Part shown: positions 51,601 through 63,600 of the stretch, piece after piece
How the letters are laid out: each line of letters opens with the position of its first letter
How positions within the stretch are numbered: the stretch's first letter is position 1
Assembly: GCA_030264375.1 (NCBI GenBank)
Contig: JASCQW010000027.1
Span: 98,684,425 to 98,748,424 of the forward strand
Direction of reading: 5' to 3'
From: Carcharhinus longimanus
Taxonomy: Eukaryota
DNA: 64,000 nt
Program-made: the position numbers and the translations under genes
The notes under the pieces: generated by a model
The model's input: only the letters and a program-made list of their open reading frames with translations
What the model was told of the DNA's origin: nothing
The model's database searches: none

Positions 51601-54600
51601 AGGAAATCCTCCTTAGCTCCCAAACCTTTACATTATGGGCACTTGGAAGGGATAATTCCCAAACGAAACATGTCCATAGTCCAGATCTGAGGGCGATTGC
51701 AGTATTTTACTTTATCCATTTTCTTTATAATCAGATGTTTCTGTTTTCGTGTCACTTATGTGTGAAAGTGCATGAGAGTTGTGAGCTTGCTGCCTTCCCT
51801 TCTCTGAAGAAAGTCCTTGTGGTGAACTTACTGAGGGCTGCGTCTCTTAACAGCACAGCAGAGATGAGGAGAAATCCATGTTTGAAAGTATTCTCTTCTG
51901 TCATAAGATTCACAAGCAGCTGCAAAGACGGTGATTCACTGAAATATATTCTTCCAGCACCATACATTGTGAAGAGGAATGCACCTCTGCCCTTTGCCCT
52001 GTGGACTCACATCATGATTGCCAGGAACAGCCGGGGTGGATTTTCATGTCCAGCGGCAAAACTGGTGTTTTCCAATCAGCCAGAAAGCAGTTATCAAAGT
52101 TTCTGAATTTCAGCTCAGCACCAATACGCAACACCAGTCTTCTGTCCAAGTGGCAACTTGAAAATCAAATCCACACACAACATGCACTCTGACATAATCT
52201 TTGCTGAAAAATGTGGAGTATCCCCTACAGTGCAGAAGGAGGCCTTTCAGCCCATCAAGTCTGTACTGAGTCTCCGAAAGAGCATTTTACCCAGGGCTTA
52301 TCCCCAAAACCCAAATGTATTTACTCCACTAATGCCCCTAACTTACACACCTTGAGACACTAAGGGACAATTTAGCCTGGCTAATCCACCTAGCCTGCAC
52401 ATCTTTGGCATGTGGGAGGAAACCCACACAAACACAGGGAGAACATGCAGACTCCACACAGATAGTGACCCAAGACTGGAACTGAACCTGGATCCTTGAT
52501 GCTGTGAGGCAGCAGTGCTAATCACCGTGCTGTCTGGATAATTGAAATACTGAATACTTAGCTATACAGAGAGGAAAACTTACTTTGTGATCATTAAGGA
52601 GCATCGTATAATCAGATGAAATGAACCAGTTTGGTTACAAAGTACAGGGTTTTTGTTCTGAACGGTATCAATGACATCATAAGTGCTGGAACTTAATTAT
52701 CTAGGATGTTTTCCTTGTAATTGTTAAAAGTCTGTAACATGCCTGTTTCATGAAACATTTTGTTTCTCCAGATGTTGAGATAAAGAAATCCAAGTGGGCT
52801 GCAATGTTCTACAATGACTGCACTGCTACTTTGACCCTACCTCATCTGAATAAAGACGATGAAGGCCTGTACACATTGCGCTTGATAACAAGAGGTGGCA
52901 TTTCACAGCACAGTGCATACATATTTGTCAGAGGTACAGAATTCAGTCTTTTGCTCAACCTTCTCTGTGCAGAGTGTTATATTGGCTGCCTACAAATAGT
53001 AAATAATTTTCTCTTCTCCTCACTTTGTAGTCCCTGATTATGTATTAACTTTTGACAAAATGGAAGGCAGACACTGAGCTTGATGATAACATGCAATGAT
53101 ATACACATACACCACCACCTCCCCCCACCGCACCCCCCCATCCTCATACCGCCATTTCCCCCAGGAACTAATAATACCCAACCCAGTTCAAAGTTCCCTG
53201 ATTTCAAAATGCCTATTTGAATTGCATGAGACAGTGATCTATTTTACTAACAGATTGAAGGCCGCTAACATGCTTGTTGGATTTGCACACTGTGTGCAAA
53301 CTGCATTGATTTAGTTTTGACATTCTCATTAAGTTAGTAGATGTTGTTCAGTTCTTTCTTTCAAGCTTTAATGTCCACATTCCCCTCAAAGTACTTGTTG
53401 AATAGTTAGAGACTGTAATTCTTGGTTGGGTTAGGAATTCTTGCGCGTTAGAGTTTGTGGTATTGGTGAGAGAGCACATTATTTACATAGTGCAGATGGG
53501 CACCAGAAACATTTAGAGTACACCCATCTGGTACCTGCCTGCCCCACAGCCATTCATCAGCAGGGGAGATGCGTTTATGCAGGATACTCCTGCATAAACA
53601 GGAGCAGGTTTGTTCCTTTCCGCCTTTGAGCAAGGAGAGTGATATGCACATGTAGAAACAAAACATGTTGCTTGACTTTGGAAGCCCAGGCCCCAAGCCT
53701 AACCTGACACTCACTGGTGGGACCCACATCTCTGCTCCTCATGAAAACCACCATTTGTCCACTCACCTGGTGTACTGACCTCCACTAATTTGCCAATGCT
53801 ACGAATAGCTTGCAGTCCTGTGTCCATGTGTCAAGATTTAGTTCAGGATGCAGGCAGGCTTGAAGTGTTCTTAAAGTTTAAGTGTTACACACGCTGATGG
53901 GCAACACCTGAGGTTACAAAGGATATTTTGCCACAGGAAATACATATATTACAACCAGGTTACTTCTTGGCTTGGCTTAATTCATGATACATTTCAAGAA
54001 GTACCAGCTTTTAAAGATGGATCAAACTGAGTGAATTGAAAGGGTACCTTCTGTTGTAGTTGGGTGCTGTGTCAAAAGTAATTGCTTTAGATTGACACCA
54101 TTCATTTCTGCATGGGTTCTCCAAATCATTTGCTGTAATTATGGTGCCATTGTCCAGGAATGTGGAGTTCAGGTCACAAATCAGATCAGCCATGAATGGC
54201 AGAGCAGCGTTAAGAGGCCTCCGCCTGCTCCTGTTCATGTTTTTCTGTGTAAGCTCGGCACAATCCCTGGCAAAATGGCATATTTGTGTCTTTTTACAAA
54301 GTTTCTGAAAATTTCCATCCATATTAGAAGATCCCCCTGAGAGAAATTCTACTCCTCAAGTGAGCAGACTAACTTTTAGTGTTTAAAATGAATTTTCTGT
54401 TTTAAATGATTGTTTGGAAAATTGTTCTGCTTATCAAATGATCAGTGCTGTGGAATAGAGCACATTTTCATGGGCCCTGGATCAGCCCAGCACAGGGCAG
54501 GTGTATGTGACTGTGCTTCTTCTGTTCCAACCTAACAATAGATCCCAAGCCCAGGCCCAGAACAGCACCCTCTTTCTGCAGACTGCATTACAGTGTCAAT

Positions 54601-57600
54601 TGTCCGTTCTCTGAAGGGATATTTTCCAGATTTGCTTGCTAGCTATTTTTGTTGCAATTCATCCTGGCTTCACAAAGAAAAAGCGTGCAAGTTGATGGGC
54701 TCATTTCCTCTCCTTATTTTATGTCCTCTTTCTCCTTGTAGATGCAGATGCTCCAGTTGTAGGAGCTCCAGGAGCCCCAATGGATGTCGCATTTCACGAT
54801 GCTAACAAGGATTACGTCATCCTCACCTGGAAACCTCCAAATGTAACCAAAGAAAGTCCTGTGTTTGGATATTTTGTTGACCGGTATGATTTCCATAGTA
54901 AATATCAGTTATTTTGGCAGTAGGATGATGTCCAGTTAATGCTGCCATGTCAAAGTTGTCAAGCTCAGTGTGATTTAGTTAGCATTCATTAATTCCACAG
55001 GAGATTCACCTCATGAGCTCTTGATCACTTTTACCGTTTGGGATACTCCCTTACTTGAGCTAATGAAGTAAACTAATCAGACCTCAGCCTTTTGTCACAG
55101 AAAGAGTGGGAAAATAGGCTTTTATGAATAGATTCAGCTTAATACAGTTGGCTGGAAGGAAAAAAATGACATTGCTGGAGATTTGGATGAAGGTCATCTC
55201 TTAGCCTTTCGTTTTTTTCCTGTATATTGAAGATATAACCAATGACACAAATGTATTCATGCGTGCTTCAGCAGGAACCAGAGAAAAGTCCATCTATTAA
55301 ATATAATCCTGTTCAAGCAGTCTGGTAACTTCCCTATGAAGTTCACACTGTGCTAGCCTCCAGTTCTGCAGTTGAAAAGCTTCTTATAGATTTATATAGG
55401 CAGTGAGTAATAAGCAACATTTTAAATATCTGTGATATTAATGGTTCCCTGTTAGTGCAACGGGCCAGGAGATTCCCGCCGATTCATGGGGTTCACACAT
55501 GCATTCCCGCTATAACAGCGTCTCCCAGCGCTGGATTTCCGACAGCATCAGCTCTGCTCCAGAAATCAATGGAGAGGCATGGAAATCATTTCCATATTCA
55601 TTTGAATTTCATTTAAATAAGATTAGCAGGCTCAGGACTGAAATCTCCACATCCGCTAGCATCTCCCTCATCCCCCGCCAGAATGTTTCACTCCAGGCGG
55701 GGATTACAGTAGCTCCCCACTTTCAGGGAATAAGTGGCCTGACCCAGCTGAAGTGAAATGGTGGGGGGGGCAATCGGGGCCCTCTGAAGGGTCAGGCGGC
55801 GGGGGCTGGTGCCCCCTCGGCATTGGCACCCATTAGTGGGGAGCTGTTGTAAAACGCGCTGGAGTGAAAACTCCTGGCAGTGGGGAGAGGCTAGCGGAAA
55901 CTTCAGTCCCAGGCCCGCTGATGACACTGAAATTTGAATTTAAATATTTAAAGCAGCTCCATACCAATTTCCTCTGCTTATGACTCCGAGTGCGCTGCAC
56001 TGCTAGAGCACTGGGAGAATCACTCCCTATATGTGCCCTCAGTTTCCTCAATTTTTTTATAAGTTTTCTTTGCATCCCATAACTATTTGGATGAGAGCGT
56101 GGCCTGTTCTGAAACCACCCATAATGCCCTAGTTTTCAATGCTGTTAGGAGACACATAATCCAAACCAAAAGTGAGTCCTCCATTCAAATCCTCCTCCAC
56201 AGGAATGGCAACTCAGCCCCTTCCAATTCCATGTGTCCCAGATTAGGAGTTCCTTAGTGCTGAGTGTTGCTTCTTCTGCGTTCAATATCACCGCACATTG
56301 TCAAAGTTGATTGTATGCTATACGGGAGGGGGAAGAGTGGCAGTAAAGGATGGCCAGTAAGGTAATGTTGACAAATTATTACAACTTTGCTGGTCACCAG
56401 CCAAAGAAATTCAACAGTTCTGCAGTTTTTGTGCCCGTAAAGAGTTTTTAAAATTAAGAAGGCAGCACAAGAAAATATAGGCACATTTAGTATTTAGTCA
56501 GCTTAAGAAGAAATTGCATCCTAGCATTCTGGATTTGCCTCAGTGGTTTATTATCAAGTCAGTGCTCCTCACAGAATTGTATGAGCGTTACCATTCTTTT
56601 TGGAGGTGTGAAGCCGGAACTGACAATTGGGTCCAGTGCAATGACGCCCCAGTTAAGATTTGCAAGTATCCCGTGACTGGCTTGTTTGAAGGACGTTCCT
56701 ATATTTTCCGTGTGCGAGCAGTGAACAAGTCTGGCATCAGCAGACCTTCCAGAGCCACAGATGCGGTGACAGCCCTCGACCCTGCTGACTTGGCTAGGCT
56801 GCAAAGTGAGTATCTTACATTCAGAGGCACCATCAGGTAATTGCTTACGTAATTTGTTCCCAGAAAAAATATCGTTCACTTTATCAAGAAAAATGATGGA
56901 ACATTGGATATGCCCATAGTCTAAATTAGGATAATTCCATGTCCTACTTCTCTTTCAGTGCTTTGTTGGTCTACATTCAGGGGTGTTTGTTGGATTATCA
57001 GCTCTTCTGAAAGGTTGTTCAACTACTGGTAGTCTTCTGGGTTAGGATGTGTGGGTGAGGCAGCAGAGGGCAACTGCCAAACATGGCACAATATCTCTCC
57101 CCGTTCGAGTTTCATTTGTGAGATTAAAAAGGGAGGAAAACCCAACCAGTTATTAAAGATAAAGTTATTGCCATACACATGCAAAGAACTTGTCATTCGA
57201 ATCATTCCAAGCTAAATTCATGTTTAAAGTGTAGAAAATGGGGGTACTTCAATGAGTACTAGTTTGAAGAAAATTGCATTTATAAAAACTTTATTTGTTG
57301 GCAGTAAGATTCCAGGTTGGCATGGTGATGATTACAGCAGGGAGAGGTATTTACAATATTTTGTTTCTGACTCTATTATCAGAACATATGAATGTAAGGG
57401 AAGGCAGTAAAACATGATGCTAGCGACTCTTTCACTGACTTTTATTGCCATTTTCACCATTTCTTGGCAAATCTCATGATTTGTAGCTATAAATGAAGAA
57501 TGTCACAGACTAGTAGAAAGAGTCCTTTATCTATTAGGAAATGGAGCTATCTTACTCGTTTCTTAAAAAAAACATATTGCGTTTGGTAGTCAGGTCTGCA

Positions 57601-60600
57601 ACGAGCAGTACCACAGTGCAAAAGAATATCTTTATTGATCACTGACTGTACACAGTTAGAATGCTGTTCCGGTGCTCCCATTATACAAGGGCTGAAATTA
57701 TTAATTTATTAAGCCACATGGAGATGTAACCTGAGAATGTTGTCCATTTAATAAAGGCTACAACCTAAATGGTGAAACAGTGACAATTATCAAAATTCAT
57801 AACTTCATCTGTAATGAAGAAATTCTTAATCTGCTACTTAAGGGCTTCAATTTGATGGCAGGGCAGGAAAGTTGACCATGGGCTGTTCCAGAACTTAATT
57901 CAGGTAGAGGCGGGATCAGCAGGGTTTGGGTATGCCAAGTATATGTGCTTCCCACCTCCAAGCTTGCCACGAGCAAGAGCAGAAGATTCCATGCAACGGG
58001 ATACCTGCTGTATCCCTAGAGAAAGAGGAGACATCTGCATTAAAAGGGAACTGAAATGTTTCTCTTTAAAGTGAACGAAAAATTTTCAATGTCTCTTCCA
58101 CACCTTGGGCAGGATTTTCTGGCCCAGCCCGCTGCCAGCTTTGTTCACCCCTGCTGGAAGTGAATGGGTTTTTGACTGGCCCACCACATCCCCTGTGGTG
58201 GGACCCATGATTGTTATTCGGGAAAATCCTGGCCCGTGTGGGGGACCAGAAGAGGGGTGGGGGGGGTGTTGGTGGCGGTGGGTGAAGGTGACATGGGAGT
58301 AGGTAGCTTCTGTGAAATCCTCGAACAGAGCTATCGACAGGCTTCTTACCTTGGTCCCATTGTGCACTTCTGCCCCTATTCTACTACTGGTAGAGGGCAG
58401 AGGAGAATCGGCTAGTTTTCTTTTGGCCCAGCTTTCTCTGTCATTCGAACTTGGTGGGGCAATCGAGCAGCTGAGCCCCCAACTTGGGGAGCATCAGGGA
58501 GGGAAAGTGATGAGGGAGGAAAGAATTTACTGGGATGTCCTGAGAGATGGAAAATGGACGTCAGGCCTTCTTCCCTGCTGTAATTCTTTTATTTTTGGAC
58601 AGTTTAATGGAGGGGAGTACAACACTATGTCTCCCTATTAGAATGGCATGATACATGCAGAAGCTGCACAGTTTCATCACATTAAAAAAAAAATGAACAC
58701 TGTACCCTTTAACAAACAGTTTAATTTGCGGCTTGGATTACTTCATTTTTATTTCAAATGTTCTTATAATGACTCTGGTTGAATTTAGTGATCCTGAATT
58801 GTGCTTTACTTTTCCATCTGTGCTCTCACATTCTCAGTGATCTTATTGTTTCAGTCTGGGTTGCCCCGAGTCAATCCCGCTCATCAGTATGCGGTGCTGA
58901 TTTTGACGCCTGACTGTGATCAGGGAGTGTCAGCTCAGCCCGAGTTGAGATGTCCTGTCTCAGGATGCATTCCCTCAGCACATCCACCTGATTGGGACAC
59001 CCAAAATACTTTGACACTTTTTTAAGAAGAGAACACCAAGAAAATGATTAGCATTGTGTTGAAATCTTTTGATGTATATGTCACTTATACTATGATTTTC
59101 AGAGTTTTTAAAAATTCTATACTGTATAACATATTTGTGTTACTTCTTTCTTCAGCTTTCTATTTTGATGAAAGCAGACACATCATTGTAAGCCAAGATG
59201 ACTTGGAAGGTAGATTCAATTCTATACATTATTCACTACAATTATTAGAACCTAGAGATTACAGAAAATATTATTGTATTATTGTGTGTATAAACATGTA
59301 TATACCAAAGTAAGGGGTGTTAATTTTTTCATTCTAAATGAATCAAAGTCTCAGTGAAAGTGATGTGGAGAGGGAACTTAATGGGAGCACATTGGAGTAG
59401 GTTTTGTATGTCACCATTTTTACTTTCATTGAAGTGAAGAGAAAGAAAAGCTTGGAGATGTAAAATGGGTTGTCTGCTGACTAACATTCATGGAAAGTCA
59501 AAATCTACCCCAGCGTTTGTTTATACATTGATATTTTCAGTCATTTTCAGACTAACAATATTTGGCATAGGAAGAAGTCAGTCTGTCAACTTTCTTTATA
59601 CAATACATTGGAACTCCAATGCAAGTCCAAGGTTTATTCAATGTATCACCATTAAGCTTAACCCTAGGTTAAAGATAATTGGATGGACACCTTTGGTGCA
59701 TTGGATGGCATCCCTACCTCTGAGCCAGAAATTCCAGGCCTGAGTCCTATTTTAGTATATGACAGCCAGAGGAAGCTGCATTCATAACACTGCCAAACAG
59801 GTTGATCATCAACCTGTAAATCCTTCCAGTACTCTTATAACAAAGTCAGAGTGGGAGAGCCTTCTGGTCAACCGTGCACGATGCTGACTGGTGCCCCTAA
59901 AACTTTAGTCACTGACTTCAGGGTAAGAACCTGTTCCAAGGAAAACTAGCTGTGGAAAGCAGATGTAAGCATATGCTTTGTCTGCCTCGTGTGTCTCTTG
60001 GGTCAGAAAGTCCACTATGGTTGTTGGGTTTAGCTTCCAATTAGCTTCTAAAATATCAGATTGATGTATGACTTTATTAATGTTGTGTTCAGAACTACAG
60101 TATAAAAAGCAGCAAATAACTGGTTGGCCAAATTCACATGCTTGGAATATTCTGCTTAATTTGGATGTTGTCAAGGTGACAGATAGTTGTTTCCCTGCTT
60201 TGTAGTCACTTCCTTACCCATACATCATCATATTTGTGATGTTGCAATTCATTTAAGTCATTGAATTTTAGCTTGTGATCTTTAGATCTCTGATTTTTGG
60301 CTTATTGAGTCATTGGACAGACACAACAAAAGGGATGTAATCTTATTAGGTCCTGTTCCATTGTCTAAGGATATTATTGATTTAGGCAGTCAACTATCTT
60401 CCATTACAAATGCCTTTGCCGGAATATCTTCCTGTGTAGCTCTTATAGTTTGCTATTTAAAATGCCAAACATCTGCTTCCTGCATGATTTGCTGAAGATG
60501 TTTAATCCTGAGTTAAGAGCTTCAGAAGAGTTGCATGCATAAATACATACTACACTCTTCATCTAATTTCTTTACCCATTTCGCTATGCTGTATCTGACA

Positions 60601-63600
60601 ACAATTTTATCAAGCATTCTGCCTTGGTTTTGTTAAAAGTTATGAAGCAAATATATATTTATATTGGAGAGCAATTAAGAGTCAACTACATTGCTCTGGG
60701 TCTGGAGTCACACAAAGGCCAGAGCAGGTAAAGATGGCAGATTGCCTTCCCTAACAGGGAACCAGGTGGATTTTTACATAGCATACAAGACCACAGACTA
60801 AGTGCTGGAAAAATGGGATTAGCATAGATAGGTGCTTGATGAATACTGCAGACACGATGGACTGAAGGGCCTCTTACTGTGTCTAAAACTCCATGACTAA
60901 CAATTGATGGTCACTATTACTATTAGGCGAGCTGTCAATTCCAGATTTACTAATTAAATTTGAGCTGCTGTGGTGGGATTGTGAACCCATATCCTCAGAG
61001 CATTAGCCTGGGCCTCAGGATTACTCATCCAATGACAAAACCATCATCACCCCCTTCCCACTAGAGAGGATAAACAATGGTAAAAAGAAAGAAAGAAAGA
61101 CTCTGCCCTCAACTGCACTTCCCAGGCATGCATATCCAGCCCTCGTCATTAAATAGCAATCAAGAATTGGGGGCATATGGTGGATATTTTCCTTTGTAGT
61201 TTAATTCTTCAAGTCTATGGCCAGGCCAGTAACAATAAACACAGATTGAGTCTGGGACCTGCATGATGTGTATGCTTTTGTGCTGCTTTTCAGATAGTGT
61301 TATGGCCTATATATGACCTACATTTAGTATAGCGATCAAACTCAAGTAGCAGGAATACATTTGCTTTTTATTTCTATTCCATAGGGGATGTGAAACCTCC
61401 AGGCAAACCCACAAATGTCCATGTGGCTGAGACCAGCAAGAATTACATTGTACTCAGCTGGGATCCACCTGAGCCACGGGGCAGAGAACCATTGAAGTAT
61501 TACATTGAAAAGGTATAAAGTATTTGATTGTGCCCAGTCTAAAGATTTTGTATCAATTTATTTTTTTGATCTTTTTGTCATAATATTGCTCCTGTTTTGC
61601 CAAATTTAAGTATCACAGTCAATTAAAATAAATTTACATTAACAAGTCGATCTTGTCAAACCAAATCTAGTGTTGTTTCCCATGCTCCAAGGCTGCCTGA
61701 AGCATGTTCAGTGACATTGGGCGATATTCAGAAATCCCCAGCCACTTAAAACAGGTAATTATCTGAGTCAATCAAATTGTTTGCAATCCTGGTGTCAAAT
61801 TTGACCCCAAGATGGGCTTTTGATTACACATCGACATCATTACAAAAACTGCTTAGGTTCTCCTCCATAGCATCACTTGAATGTGTCGCACCTCAGCTCA
61901 TCAACTAGTAAAACAGTAATTCATTGCCTCCAGGCTTGAGGATTCCAATGCACTCTTTATTGGCTTCCCACGTTCTACCCTCCGTAAACTTGAGCTCACC
62001 CAAAGCTTTGCTGTCCACGCACAAACCCCATCACTCCTGGGCTCACTAGGTTACAATGGCTCCCAGTCAACTTCAATTTTAAACTTCTCATACTCAGTTT
62101 CAAATTTCTTCATTATCTCAATCCTCTGTATCTCTGTAATCCCCTCCAACCCTAAAACCCTCTGAGACAGCCACACCTTTCTAATTGTGGCCTCTTCAAC
62201 ATCCACAATATTAATCACTCCACCTTTGGTGACCACACCTTCAGCTGCCATGGCCCAAGATCTGTAATTCTCTCCCTAAACTTCTCTACCTCTCTTTCTA
62301 GACACTCCTTAAAACCTACTTCTAAATCAACATTTATGGTCATTTGTCTTAATATCTTATGTGGCTCAGTATCAAATTGGTTTGACAACATTCCTGTCAA
62401 GCACCTTCATTATGTTGGCCTTTATTAAAGGCACAACATAAATACAGGTTATTGTTGCCTTTATATGTTAATAAAAAAACTTAACACTTGTTTTTGGACA
62501 AGTGCAGTTCATTAGCCCTGAACAGAGATTTTTTTGGATGTAAGCCACTTAGGTTTTTACATCTTTAAAGGGATCACTGGAGGTGACCATATGAGAAACT
62601 GTTTTCTTTCTAACTGAATGAGGAGCTGGGGCAAGCAGGAACATAGCAAAATAAGAAATAGGAACAGGAATAGGCCACTTGGACCTAGAAGGGTGCCCCA
62701 TCATTCAACAAGATCATGGAGATAGATAAGGGACTTGCCCCATCTAGCTGTGCATTGGTTTTGTGTAATAAGTCTTCAGAGGCAGAAATCCCTTCACCAA
62801 AATCCCTTTAGTTCCAAAACTATCAACATGTTATCAGTCAGCAGTCGACCTTCAAGAGTCCCTTGACCAGCTGACACGCTTGGTTAAATATAAGGAAACA
62901 ACTCCCTGATTGGCCCACCAATTGAATCCTTAATCAGGGAGCTCTTTTAAGGCACCAAACAAGTAAACACACTCAAATTAACTTAGGGACAAATTAAAAG
63001 GGGCAGCCCCCTCCTTAATCAGGGAGTTCATATTCCAATAGACCAAAGTCAATTGCCTGATTGAAGTCATTACACTTTGTAACTCTGAGAAAGAAATAAC
63101 ATTTTTAAAAAGTAAGATCACAGCTGATCCGATTATAGCGCAGCTCCATTTGTCTGGTGGCTTCCCGTAACCCTTGACTCCTTTATACATCAAAAAATCT
63201 GTCTAACCTAACCTAACCTAACAGACATCAAGTTTTTACAAAGATGCAAGAAAGCAGACAAGATACCGAATCTCCACACCATAACCTAACCTTGAATATG
63301 TTTACTGACTGATTCTCCACAGCTCTCTGAGGCAGAGAATTCCAAAAATTCAAGATCCTCTGAGAGAAGAAATGCCCCCTCATCTCCTTCTTAAATGAGG
63401 GACTCCTTATTTTTAAACTGTGTTCCCTTAGTTGTTGAATCTAGAATTATCAGCACCTACCCTGTCAAGCTCCTTCAGAATTATATGTGTTTCAATAAGA
63501 TCACCTCTCATTCTTTCAAACATCTATGTACACAGACCCAAGATGCTCAATGTTCCCTATAAATCAATTCCTTCAACCCAGAAAGTCACCTGGTGAATCT

